IMG/VR virus record: IMGVR_UViG_3300032323_001868
Location: 1-64,000 of that record
From: a virus
Strand: one strand, 5' to 3'
Length of the DNA stretch: 64,000 nucleotides
Below, in pieces: positions 55,658 to 64,000 of the stretch. Both the position numbers and the translations under genes were made by a program. Within the stretch, counting starts at the first letter, position 1. The number at the start of each line of letters is the position of its first letter. The notes under the pieces are model-generated. The model was not told where the DNA came from. It did not search any database and saw nothing but the letters and a program-made list of their open reading frames with translations.

Positions 55658-58024
55658 ATGGCAACAGTCAACAAAGACTTTAAAATCAAGCATGGTCTTG
55701 TAGTTGAAGGTACAAAAGGTACAATCAACGGTGAAGACATTCTTACAAAAGCAGTAGCAGATCAAAATTACATTATTGGTCTTATTGGTGGTTCAGCAAC
55801 ACCAGACGCTGATCCAGACACAGTAGTACTTCGTGATGAAAATGCAGATTTCTCTGCAAACATGATTACTTCAGATCTTACTGGTGATGTTACTGGTCAA
55901 GTTTCAGATATTTCAAACCACGATACAGATGATCTTTCAGAAGGTACAACAAACAAGTATTACACAGATTCTCGTGTTAAGGATGTTCTTACAGGAGCAA
56001 CAAAGACAAATATCCAGATTACAAATGTTGCTGGAGAACTTATTATTACCGCTGAAAATGGCGTAGCAGATTCAGATACAGATGATCTCACAGAAGGTAC
56101 CACAAACAAGTACTTTACAGATACTCGTGCTAAGGATGCAGTCGCTGCAGCCCTTGGTGATGGTATTGAGTATACAAATGGATCTTTTGATGTACAGTTT
56201 AGCAATGGTATTACAATTGGTGGCGGTACAGGAAACGAACTTATTGTTGATCGCAATGAAGTAGACAACTGGTACGAAGCATCAGGTGCAGTATCAACAC
56301 ACAATGACCTTACAACTGGAGTACATGGTGTAACTGGCAATGTTGTTGGTACAACTGATACACAGGATCTCTCAAACAAGCGTTTCATTGATACAGTTTA
56401 CTTCACAGATGGAGTAACAATTAACAATGAAGCAGAAATCGCTGTTCGTGCAGAAAGCCATGACTTTGATGTTCAGGCTAACTACGGAGATCTTCACCTT
56501 AAGACAGTAGCAGCAGATTCTGATGTTCAGATTACATCAACATATGGAGATATTCTTCTTAATCCAAATGCTGCTGGAGGAAAGAAAGCATACTACGGCT
56601 CTGCTTCAGCAGAACATGAGATTGCAACTCACTCATATGTAGACAATGCAATTTCTGGTCTTGACTGGAAGAATGCAGCACATGTAAAGATTGATTCAAA
56701 TGTTAACAATCTTTCGGCTGCTGCTGGTACATACGATGGACATACCCTTACAACAGCAGATGCTGGACTTAGAGTACTTCTTGTAGGTCAAACAACAGAT
56801 TCACAAAATGGTATTTATACTATTTCTAATGTTGCAGGAGACGTAGTATTAACTCGTTCAACAGATGCCGATGCATTTGGAGAACTTCTTGGTGCAGCAA
56901 TATACATTGCAGAAGGTACACAGTACGGTGGAACCTCTTGGGTACAAAGCAATGCTTACTTAACTGATTTCTCAGGACAAAACTGGACACAGTTCTCAGG
57001 TCAAGGTTCTGTAACAGCAGGCGACGGAATCACAGTAGATGGTCTTCAAGTTTCAATTGACCGTACAACTGTTGATGACTGGTATGAGGCAGCAGGTGCA
57101 GTTTCAACTCACTCAGCACTCACAACTGGTGTTCATGGTGTATCTGGTGATGTTGTAGGAACTTCTGATTCTCAAACTCTTACAAATAAGTCAATTGATG
57201 CTTCAAGCAATACCCTTTCAAATATTGGTAACTCATCACTTACAAACTCATCAATTGATATCAATGGATACACAACATCACTTGGTGGTACTGTAGACCT
57301 TGATACTGATGATGTTTCTGAGACTGCATCAAACCAGTACTTTACAAACCAAAGAGCGCTTGATGCAACATCAGCAGCATACGACGCAACTGGTACAGCG
57401 CAAAATCTTATTTCTGCACTTAGTACAGATGATATTGAAGAGGGTGCAATTAACGAGTACTTTACAGATGCTCGTGCAGCCGCTGCAGCAGCAGCACTTT
57501 TGACCTCTGCAAATCAGACAAACATCTCAATCACAGGAACAGGTGCAGGACTTACTATCACCGCAGAAAACGGTGTAGCAGATTCTGATACTGATGATCT
57601 AACAGAAGGTACAAACAACCTATACTTCTCAGATCAGAGAGCAATTGATGCACTTCAGAATACAACACCAGTATTCTCAGCAGTTGATATTGACTCAGTT
57701 GCTAAGCAGATTGCAGCAACAGTTTCTGCCCCAACAGGTGGATCACAGATTACTGCTTATGAGTTTGCAAAGGCAGACTATCGTTCAGCAAAGTTCCTTA
57801 TAAAGACCGCATACGGGACACATACAGAACTTACAGAAGTTCTTCTTACACTTGATTCATCTGACAATATTGCAATCACAGAGTATGCAACTATTGGAAC
57901 AAATGGTTCATCAATGACTGTAACAGCAGACATTTATGGTCCAACAAACAACAATGTAAGACTTCGTGTAACACCCGTCAACAATGATTCAACAATCACT
58001 GTTTTCGGAACACTACTAGCATAA
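55658..58024 (+). CDS. long tail fibre-like protein with TDDLxEG..N.YFT repeats
   Basis: five repeats; YVD...GLDWK, GQT...QNGIY. Confidence 0.75.
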   Translation: MATVNKDFKIKHGLVVEGTKGTINGEDILTKAVADQNYIIGLIGGSATPDADPDTVVLRDENADFSANMITSDLTGDVTGQVSDISNHDTDDLSEGTTNKYYTDSRVKDVLTGATKTNIQITNVAGELIITAENGVADSDTDDLTEGTTNKYFTDTRAKDAVAAALGDGIEYTNGSFDVQFSNGITIGGGTGNELIVDRNEVDNWYEASGAVSTHNDLTTGVHGVTGNVVGTTDTQDLSNKRFIDTVYFTDGVTINNEAEIAVRAESHDFDVQANYGDLHLKTVAADSDVQITSTYGDILLNPNAAGGKKAYYGSASAEHEIATHSYVDNAISGLDWKNAAHVKIDSNVNNLSAAAGTYDGHTLTTADAGLRVLLVGQTTDSQNGIYTISNVAGDVVLTRSTDADAFGELLGAAIYIAEGTQYGGTSWVQSNAYLTDFSGQNWTQFSGQGSVTAGDGITVDGLQVSIDRTTVDDWYEAAGAVSTHSALTTGVHGVSGDVVGTSDSQTLTNKSIDASSNTLSNIGNSSLTNSSIDINGYTTSLGGTVDLDTDDVSETASNQYFTNQRALDATSAAYDATGTAQNLISALSTDDIEEGAINEYFTDARAAAAAAALLTSANQTNISITGTGAGLTITAENGVADSDTDDLTEGTNNLYFSDQRAIDALQNTTPVFSAVDIDSVAKQIAATVSAPTGGSQITAYEFAKADYRSAKFLIKTAYGTHTELTEVLLTLDSSDNIAITEYATIGTNGSSMTVTADIYGPTNNNVRLRVTPVNNDSTITVFGTLLA

Positions 58025-58041
58025 TTAACGAGGAGTAAGAG

Positions 58042-58494
58042 ATGGCAACAGTAGACAAAGACTTTAAAGTAAAGAATGGATTGGTCGTATCACTCGGCGG
58101 TTCATTTGGAGGAACAGTCACTGTTGCCACTCCTACCCTTGGAGATCATGCAGCCACTAAAGACTATGTAGATGCTCGTCCAGTATCAATACCTGTAGAC
58201 GATCTACCACCAGTCTCACCATCTAATGGAGACCTATGGTTTGATAGTGTTACCGAAAGAGTTCATGTTTATTACGCAAGCGAGTGGGTAGCCATTGCTA
58301 CACTTGCTGACTCAGAAGTTTTGAGGGATCACATTCATGATACTTCAATTGACGGCACAGGACTAATAGTAAGTACATTCGTTTCTGGTGGTTCATATGA
58401 CGAACCAGGAGTGCTTGTAAGTGCTGGAAGTTACAATACTACAACGTGGGAAGCAGTGTGGGACGGCGGATCGTCAATAGATAATTTTAATTAA
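58042..58494 (+). CDS. tail-associated protein
   Basis: MATVDKDFKVKNGL start shared with 55658; HAATKDYVD; P..GDLWFDS. Confidence 0.7.
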   Translation: MATVDKDFKVKNGLVVSLGGSFGGTVTVATPTLGDHAATKDYVDARPVSIPVDDLPPVSPSNGDLWFDSVTERVHVYYASEWVAIATLADSEVLRDHIHDTSIDGTGLIVSTFVSGGSYDEPGVLVSAGSYNTTTWEAVWDGGSSIDNFN

Positions 58495-58538
58495 TTATCT
58501 GTTATAATATAGTTACTAATATACGGAGGAGTATATAA

Positions 58539-60689
58539 ATGGCAACAAGAATGCAACAGCGCAGAGGTACCGAAGCGCAATGGATTTCCACCAATAATGG
58601 AAACGGACCAGTACTTAATGCTGGTGAAATTGGTTTTGAAACAGACACCAATAGGTTTAAGATTGGTGATGGAGTAAACCACTGGGTAGACCTTAACTAC
58701 TTTGCTGACTCAGTTGAACTTGGTGGCAGCATCGATGACTATATTCCTCTAACACAAAAGGGTGCCAACAACGGTGTTGCAGAACTTGACAATACTGGCA
58801 AAATTCCTTCATCACAAATCCCAGCACTTGTAGGTTTAGATTCAGAAATTACAACTGCTGTTAACAATGCAGTTTCTGCATTGGTAGATGGAGCACCAGG
58901 CGCACTTAATACACTTAATGAACTTGCAGCAGCACTAAATGATGACGCAAATTTTGCTGCAACAGTTGCTACTGCTTTTGGAGACATTGACGCAGCGATT
59001 ACCCTTATTAATAATAACAAGGCTGAGACTTCTGCTGTTGCAGGATTAGCAGTTGATGCGGTAGCAGGAGCATTAACCGAAGGTTCAGGAATTGATATTA
59101 CTCATGATGCTCAAGGGGATATAATTACAATTGATGTTAAATCAACAATTGCAACAAAAACCTACTCAGATGATGCGGTATCAACCCATAATCAAGACAC
59201 CACAAATGTACACGGTATTGATGACACAGCAGTTCTTGTAACATTTAACGGAACACAGACAATTGCCAACAAGACTCTTAATGATCCAACAATTGTTGTA
59301 GATCCTTCAGGAGCAAATATTTCAATTTCATCAACTGAGTTGGGATATCTTAACGGAGTAACATCAAACATTCAAGATCAGTTAGATGATAAAGTATTGT
59401 CTGCAGATATTGCAGCAGCAGCACAGGATGCAGTTGGTGGATCTATTGGAACTGGCCTTGCATACGATACAAATACGAACATACTTTCTGTAGACCAAAC
59501 AGCAATTCAAATTCGTGTAGCAAATGTTTCAGATACCGAAATTGGATATCTTAACGGAGTTACTTCGGGAATCCAAACACAGTTGGATGCTAAGGCATCA
59601 GCAACTAGCCCAACAATTTCATCTTCTTTAACTTTAGATGGCACTGGAGACTTTACAATCTCAGCAGACGCAAACATTGTTTTTGATGCAGATACAGAGG
59701 TATATATTGGTTCTGCAGCATCTGGAAATGAAGTTGCAACAAAGTCATACGTAGACTCAGGGCTTTCAGATAAACTTGACTCAGCAACTGCAGCAACAAC
59801 ATATGCAGAACTCGATGGAGCAAACTTTACAGGTAACGTAGAAGTTGATGGAAATCTTGTAGTAGACGGAGACTTTACTGTAAATGGTACAAACTTCTCA
59901 GCATCTGCAACAACAATTACAATTGAAGATAACCTTGTACAACTTGCTCACCAAAATTCAGCAAACACAGTAGACCTTGGTCTTGTAGTTGCTTATAATG
60001 ATGGTGCAGCAAAGCATGCAGGTATCGTAAGAGACGTATCAGAGGCTAAATGGAAGTTGTTCAAGGGAGTTTCAACAGAACCTTCAACAGTCGTAGCATT
60101 TGGCGAAGGATCGCTTGACGACCTGCAAGTTGCGGGATTTGAAGCATCATCAGCAACTATTGGAGATGTATCAAATACAGAACTTCAGTACCTCAATGGT
60201 GTAACTTCAGCAATTCAGACACAGTTAAATGCTAAGGCACCAACTGCTGACCCAACATTTACTGGTACAGTATCTGGTGTAACAAAGGCTCATGTTGGTC
60301 TTGGTAACGTAGATAACACATCAGATGCTAACAAGCCAGTATCAACTGCAACACAGACAGCACTTGATGCTAAGGCAAACGCACTTGTTACAATCGATCC
60401 AGAGACTGCATCATATACTCTAATTCTTTCAAATCGTGAACAAATGGTTGAAATGAATGTCGGTTCTGCAAATACACTTACAGTTCCTACAAACTCAAGC
60501 GTAGCATTCCCAATCGGAACAAGAATCCACGTCGTTCAAACAGGCTCAGGACAAACCACAATTACCCCAGCATCTGGAGTAACTGTTAACGGTACACCTG
60601 GATTGAAGACAAGAGCACAGTGGTCTGCAGTAACTCTCGTAAAGCGAGGAACAGATACATGGGTTGCTTTCGGAGACTTGACAGCATAG
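58539..60689 (+). CDS. tail fibre with Mtd-N-like N-terminal domain
   Basis: QRRGT..W..PVL..GEIGFETDT..FKIGDG; APGALNTL.ELAAAL; TE..YLNGVTS.IQ.QL x3. Confidence 0.78.
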   Translation: MATRMQQRRGTEAQWISTNNGNGPVLNAGEIGFETDTNRFKIGDGVNHWVDLNYFADSVELGGSIDDYIPLTQKGANNGVAELDNTGKIPSSQIPALVGLDSEITTAVNNAVSALVDGAPGALNTLNELAAALNDDANFAATVATAFGDIDAAITLINNNKAETSAVAGLAVDAVAGALTEGSGIDITHDAQGDIITIDVKSTIATKTYSDDAVSTHNQDTTNVHGIDDTAVLVTFNGTQTIANKTLNDPTIVVDPSGANISISSTELGYLNGVTSNIQDQLDDKVLSADIAAAAQDAVGGSIGTGLAYDTNTNILSVDQTAIQIRVANVSDTEIGYLNGVTSGIQTQLDAKASATSPTISSSLTLDGTGDFTISADANIVFDADTEVYIGSAASGNEVATKSYVDSGLSDKLDSATAATTYAELDGANFTGNVEVDGNLVVDGDFTVNGTNFSASATTITIEDNLVQLAHQNSANTVDLGLVVAYNDGAAKHAGIVRDVSEAKWKLFKGVSTEPSTVVAFGEGSLDDLQVAGFEASSATIGDVSNTELQYLNGVTSAIQTQLNAKAPTADPTFTGTVSGVTKAHVGLGNVDNTSDANKPVSTATQTALDAKANALVTIDPETASYTLILSNREQMVEMNVGSANTLTVPTNSSVAFPIGTRIHVVQTGSGQTTITPASGVTVNGTPGLKTRAQWSAVTLVKRGTDTWVAFGDLTA

Positions 60690-60738
60690 TACTTAATAAA
60701 AACAAAAGCACTTAACCTAAAGTTAAGGTTAAGAAGTT

Positions 60739-60770
60739 AAAACCCCGCATAACAGTGGGGTTTTTTCTTT
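60739..60770 (+). terminator. intrinsic terminator
   Basis: AAAACCCCGC-ATAACA-GTGGGGTTTT followed by TTCTTT. Confidence 0.75.
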
Positions 60771-60850
60771 TGAAATCTGTGATATACTTAACACTACTTT
60801 GGAAATTGCAAAGTACTCAACTAATTTTTGCTATGAAAGGTAAATAATAA

Positions 60851-62884
60851 ATGTCAGAAACCGTATTCTCTTTTCGTCTTTCAGATGAATTTGTAAATAA
60901 ATATAATAATACTCCAGCCCCATTTGGATTCTCAGATGCGGGGTCTAACTCATTAGGAGAGATTACATTTATTCGTACATATTCTCGTGTTAAAGAAGAC
61001 GGAACTAAGGAACGCTGGCATGAGGTTTGCCGTCGTGTAATCGAGGGTATGTATTCAGTGCAGAAGAATCATGCTAAGGATAACCGACTACCATGGAATG
61101 ATAATAAGGCACAGAAATCTGCTCAAGAAGCCTTCCAAAGAATGTTTGAATTAAAGTGGACCCCACCAGGTCGTGGTCTCTGGGCATTTGGTACTCCTAT
61201 GACTATGGAGAAGCGTAACTCTGCTTCCCTTCAAAACTGTGCAATGGTCTCTACTCGTGACATTGATCGTAATGATCCAGGAGCCCTATTTGCATGGGTT
61301 ATGGATGCTCTTATGCTGGGTATCGGAGTAGGGTTTGACACCCTTGGACAAGACAAGCAGATGTCTATTTATGCTCCTACAGAACCAGCCTCAATTTATG
61401 AAATCCCAGACACCCGTGAAGGCTGGGTAGAATCTGTTCGTATTTTGATTAACTCATTTTTACGTCAGAATCAGCCAATTCAAGAGTTTAACTATGACCT
61501 TATCCGTCCTCTAGGAGCCCCTATTAAGGGCTTTGGAGGCGTTGCAAGCGGTCCACAGCCACTTATTGATCTCCATACACGCATTCGTAATGTAATCGGT
61601 TCTAGAGCAGGAGAAGCCTTAGACAGTCGTGCTATTGTAGATATTGTTAATCTTATTGGTACCTGTGTTGTTTCTGGAAATGTTCGTCGTTCTGCTACTC
61701 TTGCTTTGGGTACACCAGAAGATGAGGGTTTTATTAATCTTAAGAATCCAGAAGTATTCCCAGAAAGAAATTCATACGATCCAGAAAAGCCAGGTTGGGC
61801 ATGGATGAGTAATAACTCAATTGCTGCCGAAGTTGGAACTAAGTATGAAGATTATGTAGATTTAATTGCAGACAACGGAGAACCAGGATTTATCTGGCTT
61901 GATGTTGCTCGTAATTATGGCCGTCTTGCGGATGCTCCTGATTATAAGGACACTCGAATTATGGGCTTCAATCCTTGTGCGGAGCAGCCATTGGAAAGTT
62001 ACGAATTGTGTACACTTGTAGAAGTGCATCTTAATCGTCATGAATCCAAGGAGGATTTCCTCAAGACATTGAAGTTTGCTTATCTTTATGGAAAGACTGT
62101 AACACTTATGCCAACACATTGGCAGCAGACAAACGGTATTATGCAACGTAATCGTCGTATTGGTACATCACTTACAGGTATTGCTGCATTTGCTGATGAG
62201 CATGGACTTCCAGTTATTCGTGAATGGATGGACGAAGGATATAATACAATTCGTAAATATGATCATTCATATTCTGAGTGGCTGTGTGTTCGTGAATCAG
62301 TTCGTGTAACAACAGTTAAGCCATCAGGATCTGTGTCACTTCTTTCTGGCGCTACTCCTGGAGTTCACTGGGGACCTGGCGGAGAGTTTTATCTTCGTGC
62401 TATTCGTTTTGGTGACCAAGATCCAATGCTTCATTTGTTTAAAGCAGCAGGGTATAAGATTGAAGCAGACTTGGTATCAGCCAACACATCTGTAGTATAT
62501 TTTCCAGTGGCATCAGGACATAAGCGTTCTGAAAAACAAGTTAGCCTATTTGAAAAAATTGGTTTGGCAGCAACCGCTCAAAAGTACTGGTCAGACAATG
62601 GTGTTTCTGTAACACTTTCATTTGACAAGGAAGAAGAAAAGAAGTTTGTTGCTCCAGCACTGAATATGTACGAGGGACAACTAAAGGCAGTTTCATTCCT
62701 TCCAATGGGTAATAAAACATATCCTCAACAGCCATATACAGAAATCACACGAGAAGAATATAACTCATATGTAGGAACTATCGGTAAAATTGACTGGTCT
62801 GCTATCTATGATGGCAGGGATAACCTTGATGCAGAATCTGAGAAATATTGCTCTACAGATGCCTGCGAAATCAAGTTATACTAG
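60851..62884 (+). CDS. nrdJ: class II (adenosylcobalamin-dependent) ribonucleotide reductase
   Basis: PPGRGLW, NCA, GNVRRSA, NPCAEQ, LC.L.E, TTVKPSG, C-terminal C..DAC. Confidence 0.9.
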   Translation: MSETVFSFRLSDEFVNKYNNTPAPFGFSDAGSNSLGEITFIRTYSRVKEDGTKERWHEVCRRVIEGMYSVQKNHAKDNRLPWNDNKAQKSAQEAFQRMFELKWTPPGRGLWAFGTPMTMEKRNSASLQNCAMVSTRDIDRNDPGALFAWVMDALMLGIGVGFDTLGQDKQMSIYAPTEPASIYEIPDTREGWVESVRILINSFLRQNQPIQEFNYDLIRPLGAPIKGFGGVASGPQPLIDLHTRIRNVIGSRAGEALDSRAIVDIVNLIGTCVVSGNVRRSATLALGTPEDEGFINLKNPEVFPERNSYDPEKPGWAWMSNNSIAAEVGTKYEDYVDLIADNGEPGFIWLDVARNYGRLADAPDYKDTRIMGFNPCAEQPLESYELCTLVEVHLNRHESKEDFLKTLKFAYLYGKTVTLMPTHWQQTNGIMQRNRRIGTSLTGIAAFADEHGLPVIREWMDEGYNTIRKYDHSYSEWLCVRESVRVTTVKPSGSVSLLSGATPGVHWGPGGEFYLRAIRFGDQDPMLHLFKAAGYKIEADLVSANTSVVYFPVASGHKRSEKQVSLFEKIGLAATAQKYWSDNGVSVTLSFDKEEEKKFVAPALNMYEGQLKAVSFLPMGNKTYPQQPYTEITREEYNSYVGTIGKIDWSAIYDGRDNLDAESEKYCSTDACEIKLY

Positions 62885-62899
62885 AGTTATGGTATACTG

Positions 62900-63292
62900 A
62901 TGGTTATGGATGCTTTAATTAACCCAAAAACTGGTAAACCCCTTGTACAAAATGTGCGTCGTCAGGTTATTGAAAAGAAATACAACTGGGGTCTATATGT
63001 GTACAAGAAATCAAATGGTAAGTGGTTTACCGATGGCGAAGGAAATGTTTTAAATATTGAATCCATGAGAGGTGATATTTCAAAAATATCACAACTAAAA
63101 GACGCTGCAAAGTATTACGGAGATGCTGGTGACGGTGAGGCTGTATTTGTTCCTGGGCTTACAAGAGTTTCAGATGAAGAATATTCTGAGCAGTTAGACA
63201 GAATGAATCAAGGACTTATTCCATCTATGAATGACTTAGGCGCATGGCATGCAGCACAACAAACTCATGATAGGTATGGTAGTGATGAGTAA
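62900..63292 (+). CDS. hypothetical protein
   Basis: ORF track, extended -10 upstream. Confidence 0.7.
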   Translation: MVMDALINPKTGKPLVQNVRRQVIEKKYNWGLYVYKKSNGKWFTDGEGNVLNIESMRGDISKISQLKDAAKYYGDAGDGEAVFVPGLTRVSDEEYSEQLDRMNQGLIPSMNDLGAWHAAQQTHDRYGSDE

Positions 63293-64000
63293 CGAATATC
63301 CAATTTTTGCAAAATTAAACACACAGGAAAAAGATCCAAATCCTTTTGCTGCTCAAGACCCATTTAATAAAAATTGGGAAGATTTAAAAGATCTTGGAGG
63401 TATTAATCAAAACTTTAAACGCAGAACAAGTCGTGTTGTTAACAAGGCTGTTGGTGATCCAGCATACCTAGATGCAGCAAACGCCATGCCATCAGGAGAA
63501 GATTCTGCATCAAAGCAGATTAATCCTGGAACCGTATATCGTAATGGATATGGACTGTTTGATGTAATTACACCACCATACAATATGTATGAGTTGGCTA
63601 ACTTTTATGATACATCATTTGCAAACCATGCTGCTATTGATGCCAAGGTAGAAAATATTGTTGGCCTTGGATATAGATTTGATCTAACAGATACCACTGC
63701 TCTTCGTTTTGAAAGTAGTGACGATCAAGAAAAGGTTGCTCGTGCTCGCAAGCGTGTAGAGCGTATGAAGATTGAACTTCGTGATTGGCTAGAAAGTCTT
63801 AACGATGATGATTCTTTTACAAAGATTATGGAAAAAGTTTTTACAGATCTCCAAGCAACAGGTAATGGATTTATTGAAGTAGGTCGTAATGTTGAGGGGC
63901 AGATTGGCTATATTGGACACATTCCAGCAACAACAATTCGTGTTCGTAGACTTCATGATGGTTTCTTACAGATTATTGGAAACAAGATTGTATACTTTAG
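63285..64000 (+). CDS. portal protein (3'-truncated)
   Basis: open to window end; PPYN...LA....NHAAIDAKV.NIVGLG, TGNGFIE.R, HIPA..IRV. Confidence 0.78.
   Translation, partial: MSNEYPIFAKLNTQEKDPNPFAAQDPFNKNWEDLKDLGGINQNFKRRTSRVVNKAVGDPAYLDAANAMPSGEDSASKQINPGTVYRNGYGLFDVITPPYNMYELANFYDTSFANHAAIDAKVENIVGLGYRFDLTDTTALRFESSDDQEKVARARKRVERMKIELRDWLESLNDDDSFTKIMEKVFTDLQATGNGFIEVGRNVEGQIGYIGHIPATTIRVRRLHDGFLQIIGNKIVYF

Noticed and set aside
58539-60689. Diversity-generating retroelement target (Mtd-like N-terminus)
   Set aside because: No reverse transcriptase and no template/variable repeat pair seen in the window.
60780-60850. NrdR box upstream of nrdJ
   Set aside because: Only a weak partial match (ACACTACTTT) and no tandem pair.
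1-64000. Alternative genetic code, integrase, transposon or intron/intein
   Set aside because: Recognisable genes are intact under the standard code and no such elements were recognised; RNR shows no insertion.

Overview
64 kb slice of a large, AT-rich tailed phage whose host is almost certainly an Actinobacterium. Host evidence: WhiB, MSMEG_6728-type glycosylase, FmdB zinc ribbon, pervasive leaderless extended -10 promoters and actinobacterial regulator motifs; the low GC points to a streamlined freshwater host (inference). 1-22.7 kb holds accessory/lysis genes (HslV-like and S8-like proteases, 4 tRNAs, Hsp20, CHAP endolysin, thermonuclease, thioredoxin, WhiB, glycosyltransferases). About 22.7-35.1 kb is a mostly minus-strand island of small early-type genes (DUF932, GP88, tRNA-Asp). 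36-64 kb holds virion/tail-fibre genes, a 2OG-Fe(II) oxygenase array, a second glycosylation cluster, class II RNR and the start of the portal. Three things stand out. (1) The early island is built from repeated cassettes bounded by a GCGGGACGT-type box and mostly driven by eight promoters with the exact geometry of the actinobacterial PafBC/RecA-NDp DNA-damage promoter (TGTCRN-N10-TANNNT); around them sit CRP/GlxR boxes, DnaA boxes and WhiA-type GACAC sites. (2) A dispersed ~29-nt H-type pseudoknot RNA with compensatory changes in both stems occurs in 7 copies, three of them exactly 4 nt after a stop codon. (3) An FN3 protein with a 60-residue (PPFF)n tail sits directly upstream of eight prolyl-hydroxylase-like oxygenases, two DUF6065-like proteins and an SDR, a candidate protein/peptide modification system. 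All calls are by eye from the sequence; no database searches were run.
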